DNA of 32,000 nucleotides. Source: Candidatus Scalindua sp. (lineage in GTDB: Bacteria; Planctomycetota; Brocadiia; Brocadiales; Scalinduaceae). Positions 8,833 to 18,755 of the stretch are shown here, piece after piece; position 1 is the stretch's first letter; each line of letters opens with the position of its first letter. The position numbers and the translations under genes were made by a program. The notes beneath the pieces were generated by a model that saw nothing but the letters and a program-made list of their open reading frames with translations, was not told the DNA's origin and searched no databases. The DNA lies in NCBI GenBank assembly GCA_031316235.1, contig JALDRA010000001.1, forward strand, positions 3,720,001-3,752,000, given 5' to 3'.

Positions 8833-11800
8833 TCACTCTTTAAAAAACTCCAGGCCTCTCAACACTTTATTTAAAATAGTCTCTGTCTTCTTTGTAAGTC
8901 TTTTAAAACCATATTTTTCCATAACCTCTCTTATAAGCTCTCCCTTATCCAAACCAGGTCGACTATCTTTAATTTTCTTCGCTACAGTACAGAGCTCATT
9001 CCAGGGTATTCTTTCAATTGACCGGCCAAGATGTTCACGGATAACATAGTCATCTTGAGTATGTGTCTTAACAACCATCCTGCTCTGACTCTTCGATTCT
9101 GAATGGTCAGCAACCAGAAGATCAAAATTACTGGTTAAATCAGACATACACTGTTCGAATATACGTCTAATTTGCCCGCCTAGCCTTTTGATTCGAGCTT
9201 TCTCCAAATAGATGTGGTATGCATGTTCTGCTATCATTGGTCCGTGTTCAGCCACGATAAGCTTTAAGTATTTCGATATCTGTTCAGGATTGGAGTTCCG
9301 GGGATCAGGATATATCTCTGCAATCTCTGGATTGGATGTTTGTTGCCTTAATGAAGACTGCTGAAAAATTTCTTGTTGTACTGGACTTTCCGTCGATGCT
9401 TCCCTCTTGCAAGTTGCAGCTAAAGGTTGCTTACTGGTCAGCTCAACGTGTGACTTTTCTAATGGAGATTTCTCTTTCGAAACATCCGGCTTTATTTTGA
9501 ATGTTTGCTCAGTCAGATACTCTTGTGTTGGTTCCGAATTGTCTGTTTTAACAACCTTACCTTTTTCTATTTGAACGACACATACTTTCTGATGTTTTCC
9601 GCAGACATCTACATCGACCTCATCATCAATAGTTTTGTCGATTAAAGCAACAGCTGTTGGGTGAATCCTGGAGAAAATTAGGTTTTCAGGTTCAGAGTGC
9701 TCCTCTGTTATTACAACAGTAACGTAGCCACCAGTACTATCTTCAAGGCTAAGAATAACCCTATCTCCAACAGCAATTACCTCATCACTTTCCAAAGCTT
9801 CGATTGCATCTTCTTCAGGCTCGTTGAGAGTGGTGTTTACGGACCTAAATTCGGTGTATGCAAAACTTTTCGCTTGATTTCCTTGTGGAAAAATCTCCAT
9901 GGTTTCAAGTTTTTGTATTAGGCTCTTCAGACACCCCTCTGGATTGTATTTGTAACTTGATGCCCAACACCGCCAGAACTTCCAACCAACTCTTTCAAGA
10001 ACCTTCTGCCTAGTCCAGTCTTCAAGCCATTTTTCGGGCCCATGAAACTGATCCCCATCAAGTTCTATTGCGAGTCTGCGATCATTATTTCCCTCTACGA
10101 CAATATCGATTCGATAATTACCCACCGGCACCTGTGGAATAGCACGATAGCCTCTATTTGTCAGTTCAGCGAAGACTTTACGTTCAAACGATGAATCACA
10201 GAGCTCCACAAGTTCTTTATCTACATTGCACCGCACAGGCATAGGTTCTTGAAAATGACGAATTAACTTCGCTTTGAGGTCTCCTGGTGTTAACTCATCC
10301 AAGCCAACGCTTCTGACAAGATAGAGCCGATCTCGTGCTCGGGATGCTGCAACGTTAAAACGCTGCTCGTTTATCCTCATAGTAAGAGCCCGCGATTGGC
10401 CGGGGCTGGCAACCATGCTCAAAAATATAATCTCTCTCTCTCGACCTTGAAAAGTCGCTGAATCTCCACATATGATTCGATGTTTAAGATATTTTTCCTG
10501 GCCTATTCGATCTAAAAGTTTTTTTTGGATGAATGCGGCTTGCTTTCTGCCAATAAGAGAAATAACACCAATGCTTCGTGCTTCATAACGATTTTCGGAA
10601 ATGAGTTTCTCAATTTCATCAATTATTACTTCAGCTTCTTCATAATTCAAATCACCTTTTTTAAGACCATTTTCGACCATGATATCGACCAAGGGAGGAT
10701 CAATCCTCTCTGAGACCTTTGGAATGCGTAAAGGATGAATGGTTACTCCTTTATAAAACTGAAAACTAAATCTGATGATTGGTTCCACGCACCTGAAATG
10801 CTCATTTAGGATAGTTTTATTTCCAGGAAAAACCGCGCTGGCAAGATCATATAATGAATACCCCGGTAACATAATGTCTTCAAAAGGATGTCCCCCAAGA
10901 TAATTGTGTTTAAGTTGAAGGAACTTTTTAAATTCAACAAATGGTGCAGTTGGGCTTACTTGACGGTCATCGCCAACAATTAGTAGCTTTTCTCCTCTGG
11001 CTATAGCAGGTAGTTCACGGATATCACATTGCGAGGCTTCGTCAACAATGACAAGATTGAAGAAATTAAACTCCGCAGGTAGTACTTCTGAAACGCGCCA
11101 ACTAGGCATAATCCAGCAAGGAATTGCCTCCGCACATTGCAGCATAGCCTTTTGTGCAGCACGCAAAAAAATTGGAGCCTTAATGCCAGTTCCTCTCCCT
11201 ACATTCGAGATTGCCGACATAAATTTCGCGAGACCGGACTTTGCCTGGTCAGACATAGATTGGCATAGCATCAAGAACGTGCGTTTCTTAACAACATCCT
11301 CAAAAACTTGTTTCATACGGCTTTCCTTTTCTTGACGGTTTGCTTCAAGAGAAATTAATTGGTCCTGAACATCACGCAAGCGAAGTACTGTATTCAGACG
11401 AGCCCATCTCCACACCTCCTTCCAATTCAGGAGATGTTCCCTATCAAGTTCACTAAATATTTCTTGACGTAGAGCACTGGACCAATTTATAGCCCCACTT
11501 TTCCTGAGTTTTTCAGTGACCTCGTGGATTGTTTCAAAGTTACTCGCTAAAGCCTTAAGATCCCTTAATCTAGCCATCTTTGAGCGCCATATTTCTTGAA
11601 TGTCCTGATTGCCTAAATCTTCCGATCCGATACTTTTTGTAAGTAGATTGATTAATTCTTTGGCTTCGTTGCAATCATATCGTTCCAAACGTCTGATAGC
11701 CTCGCTCCTCACACTTTCCGATTTCGACAATCGTACCATGGACAAATTTTGATTGATTACATGAACAGCCGCGTTTAAGTCCTCATGTTTCGGTTCTATA

Positions 11801-14427
11801 CGATAAAACCCTGAAGTTTTAGGAAGCACCTTGTCAATCCCCATCCAAATGTTCTGTGTGTGCTTGATGGCAAAACATTCCGCTTCCTTAAGTTGATCAC
11901 TAATTACTTCAAAAGTTTTCGCGGCACTGTTCAGTTCACATTTCGGAATTGGAGCTTCATTGGCTATTGCATTCCATCTAACGACTAGCTCGTTACACCT
12001 ATCCTCAAAGAAAAGAAATCCCTCTATGTGATCCCAATCCTCCTTGGAAACAGCCTCCTTACCTAGAATCGTTATTGACTTCACGATTGACTTAGTACGC
12101 TTGTTGAAACTCTTGAGTACAGAAAGAGGCCTTTTTCCTGATTTTCCACGTCCGACAGCTGCTCTCAAAACAGCTTGTTCGGCTGCTCCATTTGCATCAT
12201 GATCAACTGGTTTTCTGAGGTACTTCTTTCGTTCTTTTACGATAGAATTTAGTTCAGGTCGCAATTCATCTAAAAGCTCCAACCAACTTGGCATTTGACG
12301 GTAAGGATAAATGAGACATTCAAAAATAATTTTCAACCATGTCGTATCAGTTTTCCTAATCCAGTGTTGGATTTCTTTAATCTCTCGAACTAACAAATCT
12401 GCTGTCTTGATTGTTTCGATAGATTCATCCTTAAAGCGAGGGATATCTTCTCTTAGTGCCATGGACTCAAGTTTCATGGCGGTAACAAGATCTTGGTGAA
12501 TACGTCCAATTGTTTCTGTGTCTGGCAGGTCGTTCACTGCGGGAATATCAGTATTAAGGTATTCAATCTCTTCTCCGACCACCTGTTTAGCATGAATTAA
12601 CTTTTTGATGTCTTCGTCATCGAAAAGCGGTGTGTATTTCTCATCAGGGCCTAGTTCATCGGGAAACCATATAAAATTATCCCTGTTTTCCACAACCCAT
12701 GTGGCTAAATCACTCATATTCTCAAAATCAATATTGGCCCATTCAAGTTTCATTGGCTCTAGTTGCTTCCGAGCAAAATCCTCAACTTGCAGATCAATCT
12801 TTTGTATATCCTGTTGCAGTCTGGAGACCTCTTCTTCTCCTATTTCGATCTCTCTGTAGATTTGTTTTTCCCGTCCTTGAAGACCAACCACCTTCACTTG
12901 CAAGGTTTCGATGGCTGTTTTCTGTTGCTGCAAACCTTCACGGTCATTGGAGACCATTGAAATAATCAAAGGTTGAACTTCATTAGGAATCTGTGATTTA
13001 AGCACTTCAAGCGCTGTCTCAGATTTAGCGGTTACGAGAACTCGACGTCCGGTAGCAAGGTAATGACATACAATATTGGCTATAGTATGTGTTTTACCCG
13101 TTCCCGGAGGTCCCTGAACAACCACGCCGTCAGCCTTTTCCAGCCTTTCTATAATATCTCGCTGTGCATCATTAAATGGTTTAGGAAAGTAGATAGTATT
13201 GCTCTTTTCTCGATCCTGAGAAATCTCACCTACGAGCGATCCAGAGCCTGATTGGCTATTTAGTAGACCTAAACCCCATCCGTCGATATTTGGTCTTTCC
13301 GCTGAGGGTTGCTTAACGAACTTTATCGCAACCGAACCTTCTATCTTTTCATCTGATTTGGCTTTTTCCTGAAAATGCTCTAGGTCCTGCACTAAATAAT
13401 TACTTCTCCGAGCACGCGCATAAATTGCCCAGGTATCTGTTATCGCTAGTGATTCTTCGGGGCGAGGGAGGGATCTGATTGTTACGTCTTTAACGACATC
13501 AGGAACAAAATAAGCATCCTTTGACAGCAAAGATACTGCATTTTTCAAAATATCTACAAAACTTGTCGGGTCCGTGGGCTGAATCGTTTTGCCTTCGGCC
13601 TCAAGCTGATGAAGATACTTTTCAAAATATTCCTTGAGAGGCTTTACTCCTGAAATTTGTAATGCTTCATAAGGTGCCGTAAAAAGTTGTGGACGTTCGC
13701 GTGTCACGCTTCGTGGTCGAATTTTTAAGGTCTGCGTATCGCTGGCAAGCTCAATCTCTACAAGTGTTTCCAATAATGGATGGCTGATACACTTGTCTGA
13801 TTTCGGAATTTTCCAGACTACGTAGCCGATTCCCCAAACTACCTCGATAGGTTGCTCAACTTCTCCAGCCATCATCGTCTGATTAAGGGAAAAAAACTTT
13901 TCATATATGGCTATTGTTTCTCTTCTTGGTTTTTCTTCGGCTGCCCATGGTAGCCACTTCTTTTTCAAGTAATTGTCGAAGGCTATCTCAAGCTTGGTGT
14001 TGTCTTTAGCAAACAGTCTGATATCGAATTTACCTTGCTCACGGGGTGATTCCAGAACGTTTTCCCTCGAAGCCACTCCCTTTTTGAACATCTCATTTGT
14101 TTCTTCACTGGATGCGGTGACGATAATACACTTTTTGAGTGTTGGATTACTTCCTGGTTGATGGCTTTGATTCAACCAAGGCTCAAGCATTTCGACCGGT
14201 GGAGGAGCTTTTCCCTTATGTAATCGCTCTATCTCAAGCCAAATCTGACCACCGTCTTCAGAATCAGGTGCATGATTGACTCCTGGTAGTGCGTAAAGGT
14301 CACTCTCTAAGACTTTGACATTCCGATATTCTGACACCGAGAAAACGGGCTCTTGGCCCATTAAAACAAGTTGCTTGATATACTCGAAAGTATCGATTAA
14401 ATTTTTTCTTAGATCAGACATATCCAA
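8833..14427 (-). CDS. Giant (1864 aa) DUF4011-like N-domain + Upf1/DNA2-like SF1 helicase + Vsr/DUF559-type endonuclease + GreA/B-C-like domain + DUF3320-like tail
   Basis: Walker A VVVQGPPGTGKTH (about 13086-13127). Motif II VIVDEASQ (about 11027-11052), some 680 aa later and separated by coiled-coil insert. Motif VI FNVAASRARDRLYL (about 10321-10360). Nuclease core YRIDIVVEGNNDRRLAIELDGDQFHG (about 10053-10117). GreA-C-like stretch VIAVGDRVILSLED...IHPTAVALIDKTIDDEVDVDV (about 9560-9790). The track start 14427 is TTG, and ATG at 14421 is an alternative. Confidence 0.85.
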   Translation of the reverse strand: MDMSDLRKNLIDTFEYIKQLVLMGQEPVFSVSEYRNVKVLESDLYALPGVNHAPDSEDGGQIWLEIERLHKGKAPPPVEMLEPWLNQSHQPGSNPTLKKCIIVTASSEETNEMFKKGVASRENVLESPREQGKFDIRLFAKDNTKLEIAFDNYLKKKWLPWAAEEKPRRETIAIYEKFFSLNQTMMAGEVEQPIEVVWGIGYVVWKIPKSDKCISHPLLETLVEIELASDTQTLKIRPRSVTRERPQLFTAPYEALQISGVKPLKEYFEKYLHQLEAEGKTIQPTDPTSFVDILKNAVSLLSKDAYFVPDVVKDVTIRSLPRPEESLAITDTWAIYARARRSNYLVQDLEHFQEKAKSDEKIEGSVAIKFVKQPSAERPNIDGWGLGLLNSQSGSGSLVGEISQDREKSNTIYFPKPFNDAQRDIIERLEKADGVVVQGPPGTGKTHTIANIVCHYLATGRRVLVTAKSETALEVLKSQIPNEVQPLIISMVSNDREGLQQQKTAIETLQVKVVGLQGREKQIYREIEIGEEEVSRLQQDIQKIDLQVEDFARKQLEPMKLEWANIDFENMSDLATWVVENRDNFIWFPDELGPDEKYTPLFDDEDIKKLIHAKQVVGEEIEYLNTDIPAVNDLPDTETIGRIHQDLVTAMKLESMALREDIPRFKDESIETIKTADLLVREIKEIQHWIRKTDTTWLKIIFECLIYPYRQMPSWLELLDELRPELNSIVKERKKYLRKPVDHDANGAAEQAVLRAAVGRGKSGKRPLSVLKSFNKRTKSIVKSITILGKEAVSKEDWDHIEGFLFFEDRCNELVVRWNAIANEAPIPKCELNSAAKTFEVISDQLKEAECFAIKHTQNIWMGIDKVLPKTSGFYRIEPKHEDLNAAVHVINQNLSMVRLSKSESVRSEAIRRLERYDCNEAKELINLLTKSIGSEDLGNQDIQEIWRSKMARLRDLKALASNFETIHEVTEKLRKSGAINWSSALRQEIFSELDREHLLNWKEVWRWARLNTVLRLRDVQDQLISLEANRQEKESRMKQVFEDVVKKRTFLMLCQSMSDQAKSGLAKFMSAISNVGRGTGIKAPIFLRAAQKAMLQCAEAIPCWIMPSWRVSEVLPAEFNFFNLVIVDEASQCDIRELPAIARGEKLLIVGDDRQVSPTAPFVEFKKFLQLKHNYLGGHPFEDIMLPGYSLYDLASAVFPGNKTILNEHFRCVEPIIRFSFQFYKGVTIHPLRIPKVSERIDPPLVDIMVENGLKKGDLNYEEAEVIIDEIEKLISENRYEARSIGVISLIGRKQAAFIQKKLLDRIGQEKYLKHRIICGDSATFQGREREIIFLSMVASPGQSRALTMRINEQRFNVAASRARDRLYLVRSVGLDELTPGDLKAKLIRHFQEPMPVRCNVDKELVELCDSSFERKVFAELTNRGYRAIPQVPVGNYRIDIVVEGNNDRRLAIELDGDQFHGPEKWLEDWTRQKVLERVGWKFWRCWASSYKYNPEGCLKSLIQKLETMEIFPQGNQAKSFAYTEFRSVNTTLNEPEEDAIEALESDEVIAVGDRVILSLEDSTGGYVTVVITEEHSEPENLIFSRIHPTAVALIDKTIDDEVDVDVCGKHQKVCVVQIEKGKVVKTDNSEPTQEYLTEQTFKIKPDVSKEKSPLEKSHVELTSKQPLAATCKREASTESPVQQEIFQQSSLRQQTSNPEIAEIYPDPRNSNPEQISKYLKLIVAEHGPMIAEHAYHIYLEKARIKRLGGQIRRIFEQCMSDLTSNFDLLVADHSESKSQSRMVVKTHTQDDYVIREHLGRSIERIPWNELCTVAKKIKDSRPGLDKGELIREVMEKYGFKRLTKKTETILNKVLRGLEFFKE

Positions 14428-14501
14428 GTCTTACACACTTAGTTCATTCGTGGTTTTCTTGTTTCTTGAAATTCAAAAATTTATAAGTATTATATCATAT
14501 A

Positions 14502-14524
14502 AGTCAATAGGACAGACTATGCCA
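14502..14524 (-). promoter_or_regulatory. Shared upstream motif copy P1 (TGGCATAGTCTGTCCTATTGACT), upstream of the giant helicase gene
   Basis: Contains TTGACT. A 17-nt spacer leads to ATAAAT. It lies 75 nt upstream of the annotated start. Confidence 0.5.
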
Positions 14525-14699
14525 ATGAGACAGCTCTGTCCTACCCAAACATCCTCCCCTAAACCCTCCTTAAACTACGCAAAACCTTATAATTTAGCTT
14601 AATTAATACAGGTCATAACCAGAATATCCTTGATACATCATAACCATCTATGTTATGGTGTCTTACGAGAATTTCAACCTATTTTATAGGAGAGAGATT

Positions 14700-15089
14700 A
14701 TGGCAAGACCACGGAAAAACACTGCTATTGACTCAGCTGAGGTAAAGCAAGTCATGCAGAACCTCAACAGCCTCTCAGACAACCCGAGCCCAAGCAACAC
14801 AATCAATCTTATCTGTAGTATCATGGCAGCTGACCTCAAGAACCAGATCCCTTCAGACATTGTCAACCGAGCCTACAAATTCATCTCTTTAATCTACAAG
14901 AAGTTTGACGCAGAAACATCTACTGGTATAGGACTTACAGGGCTTTTTCGAGGAGATATACCGAGAAGTTTAGATATGTCATCTAACGAGCTAGAGGGTG
15001 AAGTATTAGAATATAGCAGCGTAAACCAAGCCGAGGATAATAACCGTAATAACAACTTACCTATTAAGCTAAAGCCTTCTTTATACTAG
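14700..15089 (+). CDS. Hypothetical small protein (129 aa), basic AT-hook-like N-terminus (MARPRKN...)
   Basis: ATG at 14700 is preceded by AGGAGAG. The upstream ATG 14655 of the track ORF lacks an RBS. It is divergent from the giant helicase gene. I recognise no family. Confidence 0.5.
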   Translation: MARPRKNTAIDSAEVKQVMQNLNSLSDNPSPSNTINLICSIMAADLKNQIPSDIVNRAYKFISLIYKKFDAETSTGIGLTGLFRGDIPRSLDMSSNELEGEVLEYSSVNQAEDNNRNNNLPIKLKPSLY

Positions 15090-15651
15090 ATGTTTCTGGT
15101 TACAGTATACGAGGAAAATTGTGCTGAAACGGGTAAAATGGTGTTAAAAGTAGAGGATGAGGCAGGGTGGGTGAAAATATGGTGAAAATAGTATTCGACA
15201 GTTAATTATTTTTTTTCCATTGAATTATTTCTACCTTTTAAGGAAAGCAGCCACGATAATAGTGAAATTCATCTTTAACTTGATTGGCTCCTCATTACAC
15301 AATAACTCAAATTCAGCTAAATTTTCTGATTTATCAGGATCATTTAAAAGAGGGGATATATTTCTTAAAAATCCCTCTTAATATAAAGACATATGTTTTT
15401 GATGATTCTTGTGGTGTAAAAGCCATTAGGTATGATTGACCGCTTAATAAACGTCGTGGAATAGCGCCCACACAGACCTGGGATCACCCTTGCCATGTTC
15501 TAACCATTCTCCGCCAGGAAACACGCATTTTGAATGTTTATAATGATAGTCCTTTTTGTTGTCTGTTACAACCTGGATAAATCGTTTAGTTTTTTTTGTT
15601 CAGTAATAAATCATAGTACTGTCGAGAAAGGTTTAAAATATTACTGCTGTA

Positions 15652-18102
15652 TTATCGTTCATAACCGGTGATCCTGATCGTATTACTACCAGCTAAACTT
15701 ATAGTAGAGCCAGGTGGTACTACAATTGGTGAATTTAAGGACGTAGAACTGGGGGTAGATGCTATACTACCTTGCTGGAAATAATTAACTCCATCGATTA
15801 CCAGATCGCTGGCCGCACTTTGTACATATATCGTGAGTATATATAGTGTCTTTCCTGTTGGAACCGTATAGCTGCTACCGGTTTTTACTTCAAGATTCTT
15901 AATCGTTACCCCAGCCTCTACTTCAAAACCGGTAATTCTATATCCCCAAAAAGCACCTCCGCTTATAGTTGCCCCAGATGGCACAACCATCGGAGAATTT
16001 AAGGAAGCAAGACTTGAGTAGAAATAAGGAACTCCATTGATTTTGAGTTCTTCAATAGTTCTAGTGGGGCCCATGAGAGAGAGTATATATAGGGTTTTAC
16101 CAGTTGGAACTGTATAGTTGCTGTTATTGGAAAGGTCAATGTTTTTTGTTGTACCATTAAGACCATCTGGAAAAGAAAAATTAATATTATTGGATCCATT
16201 CACAGTAAGCGTTTGTTTGGGTTCTGACGTCCCAATACCTACATTGCCATTGCTATAGTAAGTATTATCTCCGTCTGGTAACCAGTGCGAATCCCCAGGA
16301 TCACCCTTATCACCTTTCTCCCCCTGCAATCCAGTATCACCTTGATCACCTTTCATCCCTTGGATGCCCTGTACTCCTTGAAATCCCGTATCGCCTTTGT
16401 CACCCTTCTGGCCCTGCGCACCATCTGCACCCGCTATTCCCTGAGGACCAACCGGACCCTGTGCACCATCAGCACCCGCCGGACCAATCAATGTTGCTGT
16501 GGTCTGTAGTGTCCCATCAGGAAACATAATCCCATCGGTTCCAGGTGTCCCTCCCACATGGAGCTTTGCTATCGGATTGGGTTCTCCAATGCCGACGTTT
16601 CCCCCAGCCGTAACTCTCATCATCTCGGCACCATATTCCAGGGTAAAGTCATTGGTGTCTGTCTCTTCCAGCTCCCAGAAAACACCATTTCCCCCTGTGT
16701 CCCCCAGGCGAACTGTATCAAGCAGGCTTATTCCTTTCACATGAAGCCTGGCGTCAGGGATCGTTGTTCCAATACCGACGCTGCCATTCTTAAGTACCGT
16801 CATGGCGTTCCGGCGATTCGTATCATCACTACCGTTCCCGATTACAAACAACGGATCAGTTTTTACCCACGATAACGGGTCTCCGGAAATAACATTAAAT
16901 TGACCGACAACCAATGAGGACAAGGACTGTGCGGTGGTCTGTAATCCCATGGCAGTTGAATATTTTCCGCTTGCAGTTGTGGCGTTTCCCATGGCGGTTG
17001 ATGTATTCCCGCTGGCAGTTGCCCATCTTCCCATTGCGGTTGAAGACCATCCGCTTGCAGTTGTACCTCCTCCTATGGCGGTTGAAAAGCGTCCGCTTGC
17101 TGTTGTTCTCCATCCCGTTGCAGTTGAATAATTTCCAATCTGTGCAGAATCCCATTGATTACCATCTACATGGCCGGCCCTGAAGGCAGCTTTCCTCGGG
17201 TACCATATCAGTCTTGCACCTTCTCCTGTTGTGTTGAGATCAGTACCGGAACCAAAAGTTCCCCTTGCAAGTATACCGCCATCATTATCGAGTGAAAGCC
17301 TGAATTGAGGTCTGGACGTGCCTATTCCCACATTACCTTGAAGGTAATACGTGTTTAACCCGTCAAGCAACCAGTGCGAATCACCTTCAGGCCCCCGTGG
17401 ACCTGTAGCACCGGCATTACCTGCCGGCCCTTGTGCCCCTGGAATTCCTTTCGGTCCCCGAAGCCCTATTGCACCAACCGGTCCTGTCGGTCCTGCCGGT
17501 CCTTGAGGCCCAGAAATACCTTGCGGACCTGCCGGTCCTGCAACAGTCGCCGATGTCTGCAGCGTGCCGTCAGGGAACATGATGCCATCAGTTCCCGGAT
17601 TACCACCAATGTGCAGTCTGTGAAGCGGATCAGGAACATCAATCCCCACATTACCATTTTCCTTTATTGTCAGATTCTCACCGCTGTCATCATCAATAAA
17701 TCTTAACGCACTGCCATCTCTCAGGATCGTAGTGTTTTCACGGTAAGACTTATCAATCTTACTGTTGCCTTCGAGTCGAATTGCACTTGAGACCTCATCT
17801 TGTGTGTAGACATGGAGATCTACCTCGGGATTAGCTGTCCCGATCCCGGTGCCAGGAGTTGTTTCAGGTTCTTCTTTATATCCGGATGCTGCTGTTGTAT
17901 CCAGACTGTCATTGAGAGATTTTTCTTCATACTTCGTTATAATCTCTTCCATGTCTTCCATTTTTGCTTTGAGTTCTTCAATCTGTTTCTGTTGTGCTTT
18001 GATTGCCTCAATGAGTGATGCTTCATCAGCAAAAACTATCTTGGAATTAGGATAAATAGCAGATACTAACAGGAATGTAATTACAATAAATAATTTACGC
18101 AT
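15652..18102 (-). CDS. Secreted collagen-like / YadA-head-like / tail-fibre-like repeat protein (816 aa)
   Basis: Signal peptide [25 protein letters not shown] with RBS GGGGGAGGG. Coiled coil is present. There are two GXY collagen-like tracts (about 17383-17545 and 16285-16480). TASG/STAMG repeats (Hep_Hag-like) lie at about 16900-17160. Modules are duplicated ([45 protein letters not shown]). Confidence 0.85.
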   Translation of the reverse strand: MRKLFIVITFLLVSAIYPNSKIVFADEASLIEAIKAQQKQIEELKAKMEDMEEIITKYEEKSLNDSLDTTAASGYKEEPETTPGTGIGTANPEVDLHVYTQDEVSSAIRLEGNSKIDKSYRENTTILRDGSALRFIDDDSGENLTIKENGNVGIDVPDPLHRLHIGGNPGTDGIMFPDGTLQTSATVAGPAGPQGISGPQGPAGPTGPVGAIGLRGPKGIPGAQGPAGNAGATGPRGPEGDSHWLLDGLNTYYLQGNVGIGTSRPQFRLSLDNDGGILARGTFGSGTDLNTTGEGARLIWYPRKAAFRAGHVDGNQWDSAQIGNYSTATGWRTTASGRFSTAIGGGTTASGWSSTAMGRWATASGNTSTAMGNATTASGKYSTAMGLQTTAQSLSSLVVGQFNVISGDPLSWVKTDPLFVIGNGSDDTNRRNAMTVLKNGSVGIGTTIPDARLHVKGISLLDTVRLGDTGGNGVFWELEETDTNDFTLEYGAEMMRVTAGGNVGIGEPNPIAKLHVGGTPGTDGIMFPDGTLQTTATLIGPAGADGAQGPVGPQGIAGADGAQGQKGDKGDTGFQGVQGIQGMKGDQGDTGLQGEKGDKGDPGDSHWLPDGDNTYYSNGNVGIGTSEPKQTLTVNGSNNINFSFPDGLNGTTKNIDLSNNSNYTVPTGKTLYILSLMGPTRTIEELKINGVPYFYSSLASLNSPMVVPSGATISGGAFWGYRITGFEVEAGVTIKNLEVKTGSSYTVPTGKTLYILTIYVQSAASDLVIDGVNYFQQGSIASTPSSTSLNSPIVVPPGSTISLAGSNTIRITGYER

Positions 18103-18165
18103 GGTACCCTCCCCCTAAAATAGATATGCAATGTATTGAAATGAAGCATCGTAGTTTACCATTCT

Positions 18166-18188
18166 TGTCAATATGACAAACTATGACA
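18166..18188 (-). promoter_or_regulatory. Shared upstream motif copy P2 (TGTCATAGTTTGTCATATTGACA), upstream of the collagen-like gene
   Basis: Contains TTGACA and the perfect palindrome TGTCA-TAT-TGACA. It lies 64 nt upstream of the ATG. The -10 is unclear. Confidence 0.45.
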
Positions 18189-18755
18189 ATCGAAGACGGC
18201 CGAAGTGAAATTAATCAAGTTATATTAAGGAAACGAATAATGAAGAAAACCTGAGACTTTATATAGTCAGAAATAAAAACTGGGTAACGTTCCAGAACGT
18301 GCCGGGAATGGCTTGGATAGGTGTCGGTAAGCTAGTATACATAAGAGGCGATAAAAGCCGCCCTGTGATGCTAGGAACAAGTGATATTGACATCAAGATC
18401 AAGTCAGGCAAGTTTAGGTACGGGGGATCTTGCGCTGGGCACAAATAGGGCGATTTCAAATGTTACTGTCTTGATTGACTTTGAGTGGGACATTCAGTTG
18501 CAGGCAACAAGAGAGTCGGAGGTTGTGACGGAAACGAAACTGAGTTATATTAAGGTGATTTGACAGGTTAATTTGAAACAGAATGGACAATAGTTTTCCA
18601 TATACAAATTAGGTAGCCATACCTGTCAATTTTCAAGCATAAAATGTCTTTTTTTGTCCAACGCAGGAAAAAAATTGGGTGGTGTAAGGTAAAGGGTAAG
18701 CGGCTGCTTCGTCGCAGCCTCTCCCCTCTCCTAACACACTTTTAAAGTCCTTGAT

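Noticed and set aside
9697-14602. Short plus-strand ORFs across the 1864-aa gene, and 14315-14602
   Set aside because: They are antisense shadows of the giant ORF. ORF 14315-14602 runs through the promoter region without an RBS.
15090-15185. 31-codon ORF (MFLVTVYEENCAETGKMVLKVEDEAGWVKIW) starting right after the stop of the 14700-15089 gene
   Set aside because: It is too short, has no RBS beyond the adjacency, and matches no family I recognise.
15440-15600. Minus-strand open stretch KRFIQVVTDNKKDYHYKHSKCVFPGGEWLEHGKGDPRSVWALFHDVY
   Set aside because: It has no start codon, because an in-frame TGA follows the only upstream ATG. I recognise no family. It may be a gene fragment, but I cannot support a call.
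15999-18055. Multiple ORFs in other frames of the collagen-like gene (for example 16285-16509, 16895-17155, 17374-17706)
   Set aside because: They arise because GXY and TASG repeats are open in several frames. Only the 816-aa frame has a signal peptide, an RBS and coherent domains.
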